DNA from: Gemmata obscuriglobus
GTDB lineage: Bacteria; Planctomycetota; Planctomycetia; Gemmatales; Gemmataceae
DNA length: 32,000 nt
Direction: 5' to 3'
Assembly (NCBI RefSeq): GCF_008065095.1
Contig: NZ_CP042911.1
Span: 2,160,001-2,192,000 of the forward strand
Position numbers and translations under genes: made by a program. The notes below the pieces were generated by a model. The model saw only the letters and a program-made list of their open reading frames with translations, did no database searches and was not told the DNA's origin. Every line of letters starts with the position of its first letter. Position 1 is the first letter of the stretch. This document shows, one piece after another, positions 14,241 through 21,703 of this stretch.

Positions 14241-16054
14241 TGACGACGGGACACGCGGGGCGGACCGCCCGCGCCGCCGGACTTGCGGCGGTGTTCGCGG
14301 GCCTCGCGCTCGGGCTGGCGGTCGCCGTCAGCCCGCCGCGGGCCGCTGTCGCCGCGCAGGATGACAAGAAGGAGCCGCCGCGCCCCACCGAGGCCCAGAA
14401 GAAGGACCACGCCCTGCTCGGCGCGTCCCAGTGCAAGAAGTGCCACTCGGTCGCCGACCGGAAGGCGGCGGGCCTTGAGGAGTACGAGGAGACGAAGGCC
14501 TACGACTTCATCCGGCTCTCGGAGAACATCGTGTGGAGCGCGCACGACCTGCACTCCACCGCCTACCGGAGCCTGCTGACCGAAGAGACCGCAAAGGGGT
14601 CCAAGTTCACCCCCAACAAGACGGCCGAGCGGATGGAGCAGAAGCTCCGCAAATACAAGGGCGACAGCTACCGGGTGGCGACCGACACCGCGTGCCTCGC
14701 GTGCCACGCGAGCGTGCGCCAGCCGGTCGACAAGGTCCCACCGGACGCGTGGAAGGCCGGCAAGCTGACCGCGGGGAACCTCGCGGGCGGCTCGTTCACC
14801 AGCCTCGAAGGGGTGGGCTGCGAGATGTGCCACGGCCACGGGACGATGTATCAGACGGTCCACCAGGCGTCGCGCGAGGGCGACACCAACCCCGGGGCGC
14901 TGAAGGTGGTCGACTGGCGGCTGTTCCCGACGGCGGTGAAGACGGAGTGGGGCCTTAACAACCTTCGCGACCCGGCCGTCGCGGCCCAGACGTGCGCGTC
15001 GTGCCACATCGGCAACAAGGCCGAGGGGCGGTTCGTGACCCACGACATGTTCGCGGCCGGGCACCCGCCGCTGCCGCCGCTGGACCTGATGGCCTACACC
15101 CGCGAGCAGCCGCGGCACTGGGGGTTCGCGGGCGACATGCCGTTCATCACCAAGATGGCCGAGAACAAGGCGACCGCGGACAAGGCGTTCGCACTGTACC
15201 GCTACCGCGCGGGCGAGTCCCTCGTGGCCCGGCGGTTCGCGGAATCGGCCCTCGCGGTGCTGGGCGCCACCGCCGGCCTCGGCGCGCAGCTCGCCGACGA
15301 CGCGAAGGCCAAGGGCGACGGGCTCGACTTCTCGGCGTTCGACTGCTACTCGTGCCACCACAACCTGAAGTACCCGAGCGAGCGGCAGGATCGCGGCTAC
15401 GTCGGGCGCCCGGGGCGGCCGCTGTACCGTCCGGCGGCGTTCGCGCTCGCCCGGCTCGTGCTCGACCACGCCGGCGGGATGACGGGCGGTGAGTCCCTCA
15501 AGGGGGCCGCGAACGAACTCGACAAGCTGGAACTGGAACTGGCCGACGCGTTCACCGTGAAGACCTACGGCGACGCCGACAAGGTGAAGGCCGCGACCGC
15601 GAAACTCGCGGCCTGGAGCGAGGGCGTCCGAAAGAAACTCGAGCCGGTGCGGTACACGCCCGAGGAGGTCGCCAAGCTGTTCACCAAGCTGACCGCGGTC
15701 GCGAGCGACGCGAAGAAGCCGGTCGGTGACCCGGAGGTCGCCCAACTGTACCTGTGGGCGGCCGAGACGCTGTACCTGGACCTCCAGCCCAAGGAACTGA
15801 CGGATAAGGCGGTCGAGCCAAAGGCCCTCAAGGCGATGCGCGACGGGATCGCGGCGTCGGTCGTGACCCGGCTGCGCCCGGACACCGACTTCTACTATGA
15901 ACAGCGCTTCGTCGAGGGGAAATCGAGTCCGATCGAGAAACCGACGACCAACGACTCGGTCGAGCGCCGGCTCGAAAAGCGGATGGACATCTTCAACGCC
16001 TTCCGCGGCGATCCGTTCCGCATGGCGGTCGAGGGGCTGAAGCTCCCGAAATAG
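14240..16054 (+). CDS. Secreted pentahaem c-type cytochrome, paralogue 3 (longer C-terminal helical domain)
   Basis: The protein is ~604 aa. The start is GTG at 14237 or ATG at 14240, inside GTGATGA, which overlaps the TGA of paralogue 2 (translational coupling). The haem sites are CKKCH, CLACH, GVGCEMCHGH, CASCH and CYSCHH. Shared motifs are DLHSTAYRSLL and THDMFAAGHPPL. Confidence 0.9.
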   Translation: MTTGHAGRTARAAGLAAVFAGLALGLAVAVSPPRAAVAAQDDKKEPPRPTEAQKKDHALLGASQCKKCHSVADRKAAGLEEYEETKAYDFIRLSENIVWSAHDLHSTAYRSLLTEETAKGSKFTPNKTAERMEQKLRKYKGDSYRVATDTACLACHASVRQPVDKVPPDAWKAGKLTAGNLAGGSFTSLEGVGCEMCHGHGTMYQTVHQASREGDTNPGALKVVDWRLFPTAVKTEWGLNNLRDPAVAAQTCASCHIGNKAEGRFVTHDMFAAGHPPLPPLDLMAYTREQPRHWGFAGDMPFITKMAENKATADKAFALYRYRAGESLVARRFAESALAVLGATAGLGAQLADDAKAKGDGLDFSAFDCYSCHHNLKYPSERQDRGYVGRPGRPLYRPAAFALARLVLDHAGGMTGGESLKGAANELDKLELELADAFTVKTYGDADKVKAATAKLAAWSEGVRKKLEPVRYTPEEVAKLFTKLTAVASDAKKPVGDPEVAQLYLWAAETLYLDLQPKELTDKAVEPKALKAMRDGIAASVVTRLRPDTDFYYEQRFVEGKSSPIEKPTTNDSVERRLEKRMDIFNAFRGDPFRMAVEGLKLPK

Positions 16055-16071
16055 TTCTTTGCCTCGGCGAC

Positions 16072-16109
16072 CGCAAAACGGGTTCCCTTGAGTGGGAACC
16101 CGTTTTGCG
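16072..16109 (+). terminator. Rho-independent-type terminator hairpin after the cytochrome operon
   Basis: A perfect 16-bp stem joins cgcaaaacgggttccc (16072-16087) and gggaacccgttttgcg (16094-16109), with loop ttgagt. It starts 18 nt after the TAG at 16052-16054 and is followed by ttat. Confidence 0.75.
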
Positions 16110-16183
16110 TTATGTGCGTAGCCGGCGCGGAGTGCTCCGCTCGCGCCACTTACCGGGAAGAACCCGGCGGGCGAGGCACGCAG

Positions 16184-17458
16184 ATGCGGATCGGTTCAGA
16201 GCGAACGGCCCGACGGCTCGATCGGGTTGCCGTAATTGGTCTTGTGGGCTGGCTTTTGTTCGATCTGACCGCACGCACGGTGTTCGGGTCGGTGCCCTGG
16301 CCGCAGTCTGTCGTCGATTACCGCATCATCTACGACGGCAGCCGACACGTCGTCGAAACGCACACCTACCCGACCGATAACCCGTACCCGTACCCGCCGC
16401 CTGCGGTCGCGCTCCACGCCGCCAGCGCGGTGTTCCCGTTCCGGGTGTCGGTGGCGCTGTGGCTGGCGCTGACCGGCGTGGCCGCCGCCGCCGTTTACTT
16501 CGCCCTCGCCCGCACGCTCGGGTTGCTCGTGCGTCCGGGACAACTCATCCTCCTACCGCTCGCGCACGTCGTGGCTGCGTACTACTTCCAGTGGGACATG
16601 CGGTCGGTGAACAGCAACCTCATCGTTCTGGCCGCACTCGTGTTCGGCTGCGCCGCGCTGGCACGGGCGCGCGACGGTGCGGCGGGGTTCTGGTTCGCAC
16701 TGTCTGTTGCGCTGAAACTGCTTCCGGTGCTGGTGCTGCCGTACCTCGCGTGGACCCGGCGGTGGCGCGCGTTCGCCTGGGCCGTCGCGTTCTCGCTGGT
16801 GTTTTGGTGCGCGGTCCCCGTGGCGGCGTTCGGAGTCACGGGCGCGGGGCCGGTTTACGAGGGGTGGGCGGCTGAGATCACGCGCGCGACGGACGCGCAG
16901 ACCAAAAGCCATCACCCGATTTTGATCTCACTCGATAAGGCCGCGTTGCACCTGTGCGCGGGTGACGCGGCGCGAGCGAAGGCGCTTTCGCTCGCCGTGT
17001 GTGTGGTGTGGGGGCTCGTGGGCGTCTGCGGGGCCGCGTCGTGCTGGGGGAACCGCGAACGCGACGCACGCAGCATCCTGACGCACGTGTCGCTGCTGGT
17101 ACTCGGTCCGGTCGCGGTCAACCCGTACCTGGAAGCATACCACCTCGTGCCGCTGGTGGTGCCGGCACTGGTGCTTTTGGTTGTGGGCGCCGACCCGACG
17201 TGTGGCCGGTTCGTGCGGGGCTTCGCGCTCGCGGCGTTCGCGCTCGCGGTCCTCATTCTGAAGGTGTCCAGCCCGTGGCCCCTGCGCGGTTTGTTGGTGA
17301 ACGCGCAGGCGCTCGTGTTGTGTGGTGCCGCGGTCGGAGTGGTGTACGGGCGTGCGAAATGGCGGATGCGGGACACGAGTGCAGGGCGGGTGGAAGAGGT
17401 GCGAGGGAACCGACTCACCGGTCTGGCCCGGCGCCTCGCGTTACACCCGAAGAGCTGA
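16184..17458 (+). CDS. Polytopic membrane glycosyltransferase, GT87 / DUF2029-like
   Basis: The track ORF starts with TTG at 16088, inside the terminator hairpin. I prefer the ATG at 16184 (MRIGSERTARRLDRVAVIGLVGWLLF). There are many TM helices. The first loop, VVDYRIIYDGSRHVVETHTYPTDNPYPYPPPAV, matches the D-x-x-x-Y ... YPP pattern typical of PimE-type DUF2029 mannosyltransferases. Confidence 0.65.
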   Translation: MRIGSERTARRLDRVAVIGLVGWLLFDLTARTVFGSVPWPQSVVDYRIIYDGSRHVVETHTYPTDNPYPYPPPAVALHAASAVFPFRVSVALWLALTGVAAAAVYFALARTLGLLVRPGQLILLPLAHVVAAYYFQWDMRSVNSNLIVLAALVFGCAALARARDGAAGFWFALSVALKLLPVLVLPYLAWTRRWRAFAWAVAFSLVFWCAVPVAAFGVTGAGPVYEGWAAEITRATDAQTKSHHPILISLDKAALHLCAGDAARAKALSLAVCVVWGLVGVCGAASCWGNRERDARSILTHVSLLVLGPVAVNPYLEAYHLVPLVVPALVLLVVGADPTCGRFVRGFALAAFALAVLILKVSSPWPLRGLLVNAQALVLCGAAVGVVYGRAKWRMRDTSAGRVEEVRGNRLTGLARRLALHPKS

Positions 17459-17553
17459 TTGTGAGCACACTTCGACCGCGGGACAGGTCTGGGCGAACCG
17501 GGCGCGAGCGGCCCGTCAAAACATTCGTTACCGGGGCGTAACCGTTTTGTGGG

Positions 17554-18009
17554 TCAGGTCCGGTTCTCGTGGCTCTTTTCGTAGGCGTCCACTTTCTCGC
17601 GGCGGCGGGTGTGGCGCCCGCCCTCGAAGTCGGTCAGCAGCCACGCCCGGATGATGCGCTCGATTTGGTCTTCCCCGAGCAAGTCCGCCGCCAGACACAG
17701 GATGTTCGAGTCGTTGTGTCGGCGGCTCAGCTCGGCGTCGATGACATCGCGGCTGTTGACGGCCCGGATGCCGTGGACCTTGTTCGCCGCGATGCACATC
17801 CCGTGACCGGTCGCGCAGATGAGGACGCCGCGGTCGGCTTTACCGGCGGCTACCTCTTCGGCCACCGGGATCGCGTAGTCGGGGTAGTCCACGCCGGCCG
17901 GTCCGCTGGCGCCGAGGTCGTGCACCTCGTGCCCCAGTTCGGCCAGCAACCCGAGGACGCGCGGCCGCACGCACAGCCCGCGGTGGTCGTTGCCCACGGC
18001 AACCTTCAT
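17554..18009 (-). CDS. rpiB: Ribose-5-phosphate isomerase B (RpiB/LacAB family)
   Basis: The 151-aa product is MKVAVGNDHRGLCVRPRVLGLLAELGHEVHDLGA...GVLICATGHGMCIAANKVHGIRA...SRRHNDSNILCLAADLLG. These are the classic RpiB motifs (GxDHxG, C-x-T/S-G-x-G, NK..G.RA, HN..N.L). The ATG at 18009 overlaps the upstream TGA (ATGA). The 298-aa track ORF extension is rejected. Confidence 0.9.
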   Translation of the reverse strand: MKVAVGNDHRGLCVRPRVLGLLAELGHEVHDLGASGPAGVDYPDYAIPVAEEVAAGKADRGVLICATGHGMCIAANKVHGIRAVNSRDVIDAELSRRHNDSNILCLAADLLGEDQIERIIRAWLLTDFEGGRHTRRREKVDAYEKSHENRT

Positions 18010-19037
18010 GACGCTACCCATTCGGGAAGGATCCGCTCCAGGTGCCGGACGACGACCCGGGCACACTCCCGGTACACGTCGAGACTCGCCCCGATCGGAT
18101 CGTCCAAGTCTTCGTCGCCGCACAGCAACCGGGCGCCCGGGCCGGCCCCAGGGTATCGCGTCGCGAGGGCGTGCAGGTGGCCGTGCGTCATCGCGATGAC
18201 GTCGTCGGCGGCGGCCAGCAGTTGCGGGTTCAGCGGGCGGCTCGCGTGCCGACCCAGGTCCGCACCGAACTCGGCCGCAACCGCGAGCGACTCCTCCGAC
18301 GCCGGGCCGCCGCCGTAGGCCGCGACGCCGGCCGACAGCACCCAGAAACCGCGGGCCGGGAGTTCGTCGGTGGCGCACCGGAGCCGGTCGGCGAGGAGCT
18401 TCTTCGCGAGGCCCTCCGCCAGCGGGCTGCGGCACGTGTTGCCGGTACACACGAACAGAACGATCCGCGCCGCGAGCCGGTCGATTTCCTCCTTGGGGAA
18501 CGCGCCGGGCTCAACGACAGCGTATCCCGCGTCGGAACAACGGACGACCGTTGGCTTCGGACCGCCACGCAGGCCGGCGTTGATGGACAGTGCGACCTCG
18601 GTGCCCGCGCGTGTGACGGCGTCGGCCGCCGATTCGGCCCCCGTGTCCGCGATCAGCACCGGCCCCAGATCGGCCAGCGCCGGAACGACGAGATCGAACA
18701 GCGGGTGTTCGGGGAACCGGAACCGCACGAAGCCGTTGGCGGCGCCGGGCACTTGATTGCCCGCAGGCACCTCGACCGTCAGCGGCGCGGGCCACGCGCG
18801 GGCCATGAGCCGCCGGGCCGTCTTCGGGATCGTTACGCCAGCGGCGGCCGCTTCCTCGGGGCCGAACACCAGCAGCGCCGGAGCGGGACGTTCCGGCGCG
18901 GTACCCGGCCGCCAAAGGACGACGTAGCCGCCGTCGCCCGGCAGGACGACGGCGCCGCCGGACGCGAGAGCGTCACGTGTGCGCTGCACCAGCCCTGACG
19001 GATCGACGGTCGGGTTCCAGTCGATCACGCTCGGCAT
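18006..19037 (-). CDS. Fusion protein: degenerate YrdC/Sua5-like domain + low-molecular-weight protein (Tyr/Arg) phosphatase domain
   Basis: The C-terminal half has the LMW-PTP P-loop VLFVCTGNTCRSPLAEG (C-x5-R-S) and a distal DDPIG. The N-terminal half has a YrdC-like layout (GGAVVLPGDGGYVVL, PAPLTVEVP, KPTVVRC, EPGAFPKEEIDRL) but lacks the usual K-x-R motif. I prefer the ATG at 19037. The 31 codons upstream, to 19130, are AT-richer and look non-coding. Confidence 0.75.
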   Translation of the reverse strand: MPSVIDWNPTVDPSGLVQRTRDALASGGAVVLPGDGGYVVLWRPGTAPERPAPALLVFGPEEAAAAGVTIPKTARRLMARAWPAPLTVEVPAGNQVPGAANGFVRFRFPEHPLFDLVVPALADLGPVLIADTGAESAADAVTRAGTEVALSINAGLRGGPKPTVVRCSDAGYAVVEPGAFPKEEIDRLAARIVLFVCTGNTCRSPLAEGLAKKLLADRLRCATDELPARGFWVLSAGVAAYGGGPASEESLAVAAEFGADLGRHASRPLNPQLLAAADDVIAMTHGHLHALATRYPGAGPGARLLCGDEDLDDPIGASLDVYRECARVVVRHLERILPEWVAS

Positions 19038-19212
19038 GGCGCGGCGGTCCCCCGGACGGCAAGTGGAACTGTACCCAATATTAGAAAAGAAGAGGCGAAA
19101 GGGCGAGAGGGAGTCGAGAGTCTTGCTCATTGCTGGTTGTTAGACCAACGCCGCGGCTCGATCGCTCATGTGAGCGGCCGAACCGCGGCGCGGTGGGAGC
19201 CGCCGGCCGGTT

Positions 19213-20190
19213 CTACGGCTTGTTCGTTTTGAGTTCGTCGAGTCGTTTGGTCAGCGCGTCGAGCTGCTTCGCGAGTTGCTCGTTGCGATCTTTCAGTTTG
19301 GCGATCTCGCCGCTCGGGTCGGGCTGCGCGGTCAGCGGGGCCGGAATGCCGTTGAAGAGCGCGGTCTGCACCTGCGGGTTCCGGTCCTTCAGCTTCTGGG
19401 CCTCTTCCTTCGCGCGGGCGGCCGCGCGCTCGCGGGTGGTGACCAGCAGCACGTTCGCGTCCTCGATCGCGCCGGTGTCGGTCATCTCGCAGAGGGTGCG
19501 CACCGCGGCATCGACGGGGGTGTTCGCGAACCGGACCGTGACCGGGGCCTGGCGCACGGCGGCCGGGACGGTCGGCGAGAGGGTCACGTTCGCCCCGGTC
19601 GCCTCGGCGATCTCGTCGACGATCTCGGCCAGCGGCTTGTTCTTGAAGCTCGCGTTGACCAGCCCGCGCTTGGTGAGCGGCTTGGAGCGGAGCAGGTCGG
19701 TGACGGTGAGCAGCGGCGCGTCCTCGCCGTTCGTCGGGTCGGGCGTGGTCGAGAGGACGCCGGACTCGTAGGCGGCGAACGTGTCCGGTACGATCTTGAT
19801 GTGGTCCGGGTACACCAGGAACTTGGCCTCCGCTTGCTCGCACAGCATCGTGAGGATCGTTTCGATCTTCACGCTCGTTAGCCGCGGCAGTTTCACCGCC
19901 AGCTCCCCGCGGACGGTCTCGTCGCTGGCGATGTGCCCCTGGTCGCCCTGGCGGGTCAGCACCAGCGGGAGTTCGTAAGCGGTGGCGATCACGTCGACGG
20001 CGTCGCGGAACTTTCCCTCATACCGCCCGAGCGTGACGCGGCTGGCGAGCAGCTTGTTCAGGTCGACCTTTTCGGCCTTGGCCTGCGCCGGCACCGGCGC
20101 GCCGGCGGGTTCGGTCGTTTTGGGCGGCTGCGCGAGGGCGGTGCCCAGTGCCGCGACGAGGGCGCAGACGGTGAGCGTGCGGACGGTCAT
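19213..20190 (-). CDS. Secreted hypothetical protein with two STN/secretin-N0-like modules and a C-terminal coiled coil
   Basis: The signal peptide is MTVRTLTVCALVAALGTALAQ. An internal duplication is visible: VTLGRYEGKFRDAVDVIATAYELPLVLT...KIETILTMLCEQAEAKFLVYPDHIKIV versus VNASFKNKPLAEIVDEIAEATGANVTLS...VDAAVRTLCEMTDTGAIEDANVLLVT. The C-terminus is a heptad-like EIAKLKDRNEQLAKQLDALTKRLDELK. A GGAGG lies 8 nt upstream of the ATG at 20190. The module family is a guess. Confidence 0.7.
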   Translation of the reverse strand: MTVRTLTVCALVAALGTALAQPPKTTEPAGAPVPAQAKAEKVDLNKLLASRVTLGRYEGKFRDAVDVIATAYELPLVLTRQGDQGHIASDETVRGELAVKLPRLTSVKIETILTMLCEQAEAKFLVYPDHIKIVPDTFAAYESGVLSTTPDPTNGEDAPLLTVTDLLRSKPLTKRGLVNASFKNKPLAEIVDEIAEATGANVTLSPTVPAAVRQAPVTVRFANTPVDAAVRTLCEMTDTGAIEDANVLLVTTRERAAARAKEEAQKLKDRNPQVQTALFNGIPAPLTAQPDPSGEIAKLKDRNEQLAKQLDALTKRLDELKTNKP

Positions 20191-20277
20191 ACGGAACCTC
20201 CGGGAAGTGAGACGTGCCAGACGCCTAACGCACGAACGCGGCTGGCGTTGGTGGCGCGCCGGTCGCGGAGTTCCGCC

Positions 20278-21525
20278 TTACACCCGCCGGGGCGGGCGGT
20301 TGTACTTCTGGTCCAGGGCTTTTCGCATCTCGTGCGTGAGGTTCAGAGGTGAGTACACGAGCCGCCGCAGGCCGCGCCAGTATGGGCTGTTGAGCAGCGC
20401 CCGAAAGCCGGTTTCGCCGATCGGATTGTTGCTCAGGTCGAGCAGGTCGACCCGCTCGAGGTGCGGGCTGTTGGCCAGCGCCCGGACCCCTTCGTCCCCG
20501 ATGCCGCAACTCGTCAGGGTGAGGGCGGTGAGGCCCGCGAGGTGGGGGCTGTGGGCGAGCACCACGGCGCCCGCGTCGTTGAGCGTGTTGGACCCGAGGT
20601 GCAACTCCTCCAGCCGGATTGCCGTGTGGTCGGCCGCCCGCCGCCCCAAAATCGCCTGGAGGCCCGTGTGCGTCAGCTCGTTCATCGTGAGGTCCAGGAC
20701 CGGCACGGTGAGCAGCGCGTGCGGGCGCGCCAGCGAGAGCAGCCGCGGGGTGCCGATTTCGTTCTCGCCCAGTCCCAGCGTCCGCAGCGAGGTGAGCCGG
20801 TCGGACCCCGCGAGCGCTTCCGCCCCGCCGGGGCCGAGCCGGTTCTCGCGCAGCTCCAGCCGCCGGAGGTTCCCGAGGTGCGGTGACCCCGCCAGCGCGA
20901 GCGCGCCGGTTTCGCCGATCTCGTTTTCGCTCAGATCGAGTTCTTCAAGCGCCGGCAGGTTGGGGGAACCCGCCAGGTGCTCTACCGCGTCGTCGGCCAG
21001 CCGGTTCCGGCCGAGGTGAAGGACCCGCAGCGCACCGAGGTGTGGCGACCGCGCGACGGCGCGGGCCAGCGGCTCGCTCGCGTGCTGCGCGTACACCGTT
21101 AGCGCCGACAGCCGGCTCAAATACGGGCACTGCATGACCGCCGGCAGGTTCCCGCCCACGTCGAGCAGGTGGACGCGCCGCACCGGCGTAGCGTCGAAGA
21201 TCCGGTGCGCGTGCTGAAGGAACTGCTTCGCCTCGACCTTCACTTCGTCCACGAACCCGCGGCGGAACACCGGTCCGCTTATGAGCCCGCGAAGCGGTGC
21301 CTCCCAGGTGTCGCGATGGGCCGCGAGTAGCTGGCGCTCCTCGGCCAGTAGCGCCGGGCGCGCCCGGTCGCCCTCGGGAAGGTGCGCCAGCGCCAGTTGC
21401 ACGCGAATGAACCGCCCGCGCGGGTCGCCCTCCTCGTCGAGCCAGTCGGCGAAGATGAGCCGCTGCGCGTCGTCGTCCGGGTACGCCCGGATGCGCTGAA
21501 GGAAGGCTTCGGCCTCGGTCTGCAT
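20278..21525 (-). CDS. TIGR02996 'repeat-companion' domain protein with ribonuclease-inhibitor-type leucine-rich repeats
   Basis: The N-terminus FLQRIRAYPDDDAQRLIFADWLDEEGDPRGRFIRVQLALA is the Gemmata-type TIGR02996 signature. About ten ~28-aa LRR units follow (L..L.L..N.IGD.GA.ALA.SP.L). Confidence 0.88.
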   Translation of the reverse strand: MQTEAEAFLQRIRAYPDDDAQRLIFADWLDEEGDPRGRFIRVQLALAHLPEGDRARPALLAEERQLLAAHRDTWEAPLRGLISGPVFRRGFVDEVKVEAKQFLQHAHRIFDATPVRRVHLLDVGGNLPAVMQCPYLSRLSALTVYAQHASEPLARAVARSPHLGALRVLHLGRNRLADDAVEHLAGSPNLPALEELDLSENEIGETGALALAGSPHLGNLRRLELRENRLGPGGAEALAGSDRLTSLRTLGLGENEIGTPRLLSLARPHALLTVPVLDLTMNELTHTGLQAILGRRAADHTAIRLEELHLGSNTLNDAGAVVLAHSPHLAGLTALTLTSCGIGDEGVRALANSPHLERVDLLDLSNNPIGETGFRALLNSPYWRGLRRLVYSPLNLTHEMRKALDQKYNRPPRRV

Positions 21526-21703
21526 AGCGGCCCGGTTCCGCAGGTGGTCGTCCCACTCAGTTTAGCACGTCGCTCCTTCCATCTGGTTCCACACTTGTAT
21601 CGGATTCGTCGCGGCAAATGGGATTGTTACTCTGGACGAAATAGTGAATTAGGTTAAACTAATTTCTAGTTTTGCTGAGGCTACAGCAACGAAGGAGAAC
21701 GGT

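Noticed and set aside
12648-15745. The - strand ORFs 12648..14006 (452 aa) and 14186..15745 (519 aa)
   Set aside because: They are antisense to pentahaem paralogues 2 and 3, whose CXXCH motifs and mutual similarity establish the coding strand.
11207-16054. Assignment of the pentahaem proteins as NrfA nitrite reductases or HAO-type enzymes
   Set aside because: There is no CXXCK active-site motif, and the spacing of the five sites differs from the NrfA pattern I recall. There are only five sites, not the eight of HAO/octahaem enzymes. I kept the generic multihaem call.
18010-18450. The N-terminal 147-codon extension of the rpiB ORF in the track (17554..18450)
   Set aside because: The extension overlaps the phosphatase domain of the upstream gene in another frame and is Arg/Pro/Gly-rich. 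A full-length 151-aa RpiB starts at the ATG at 18009, which overlaps the upstream stop.
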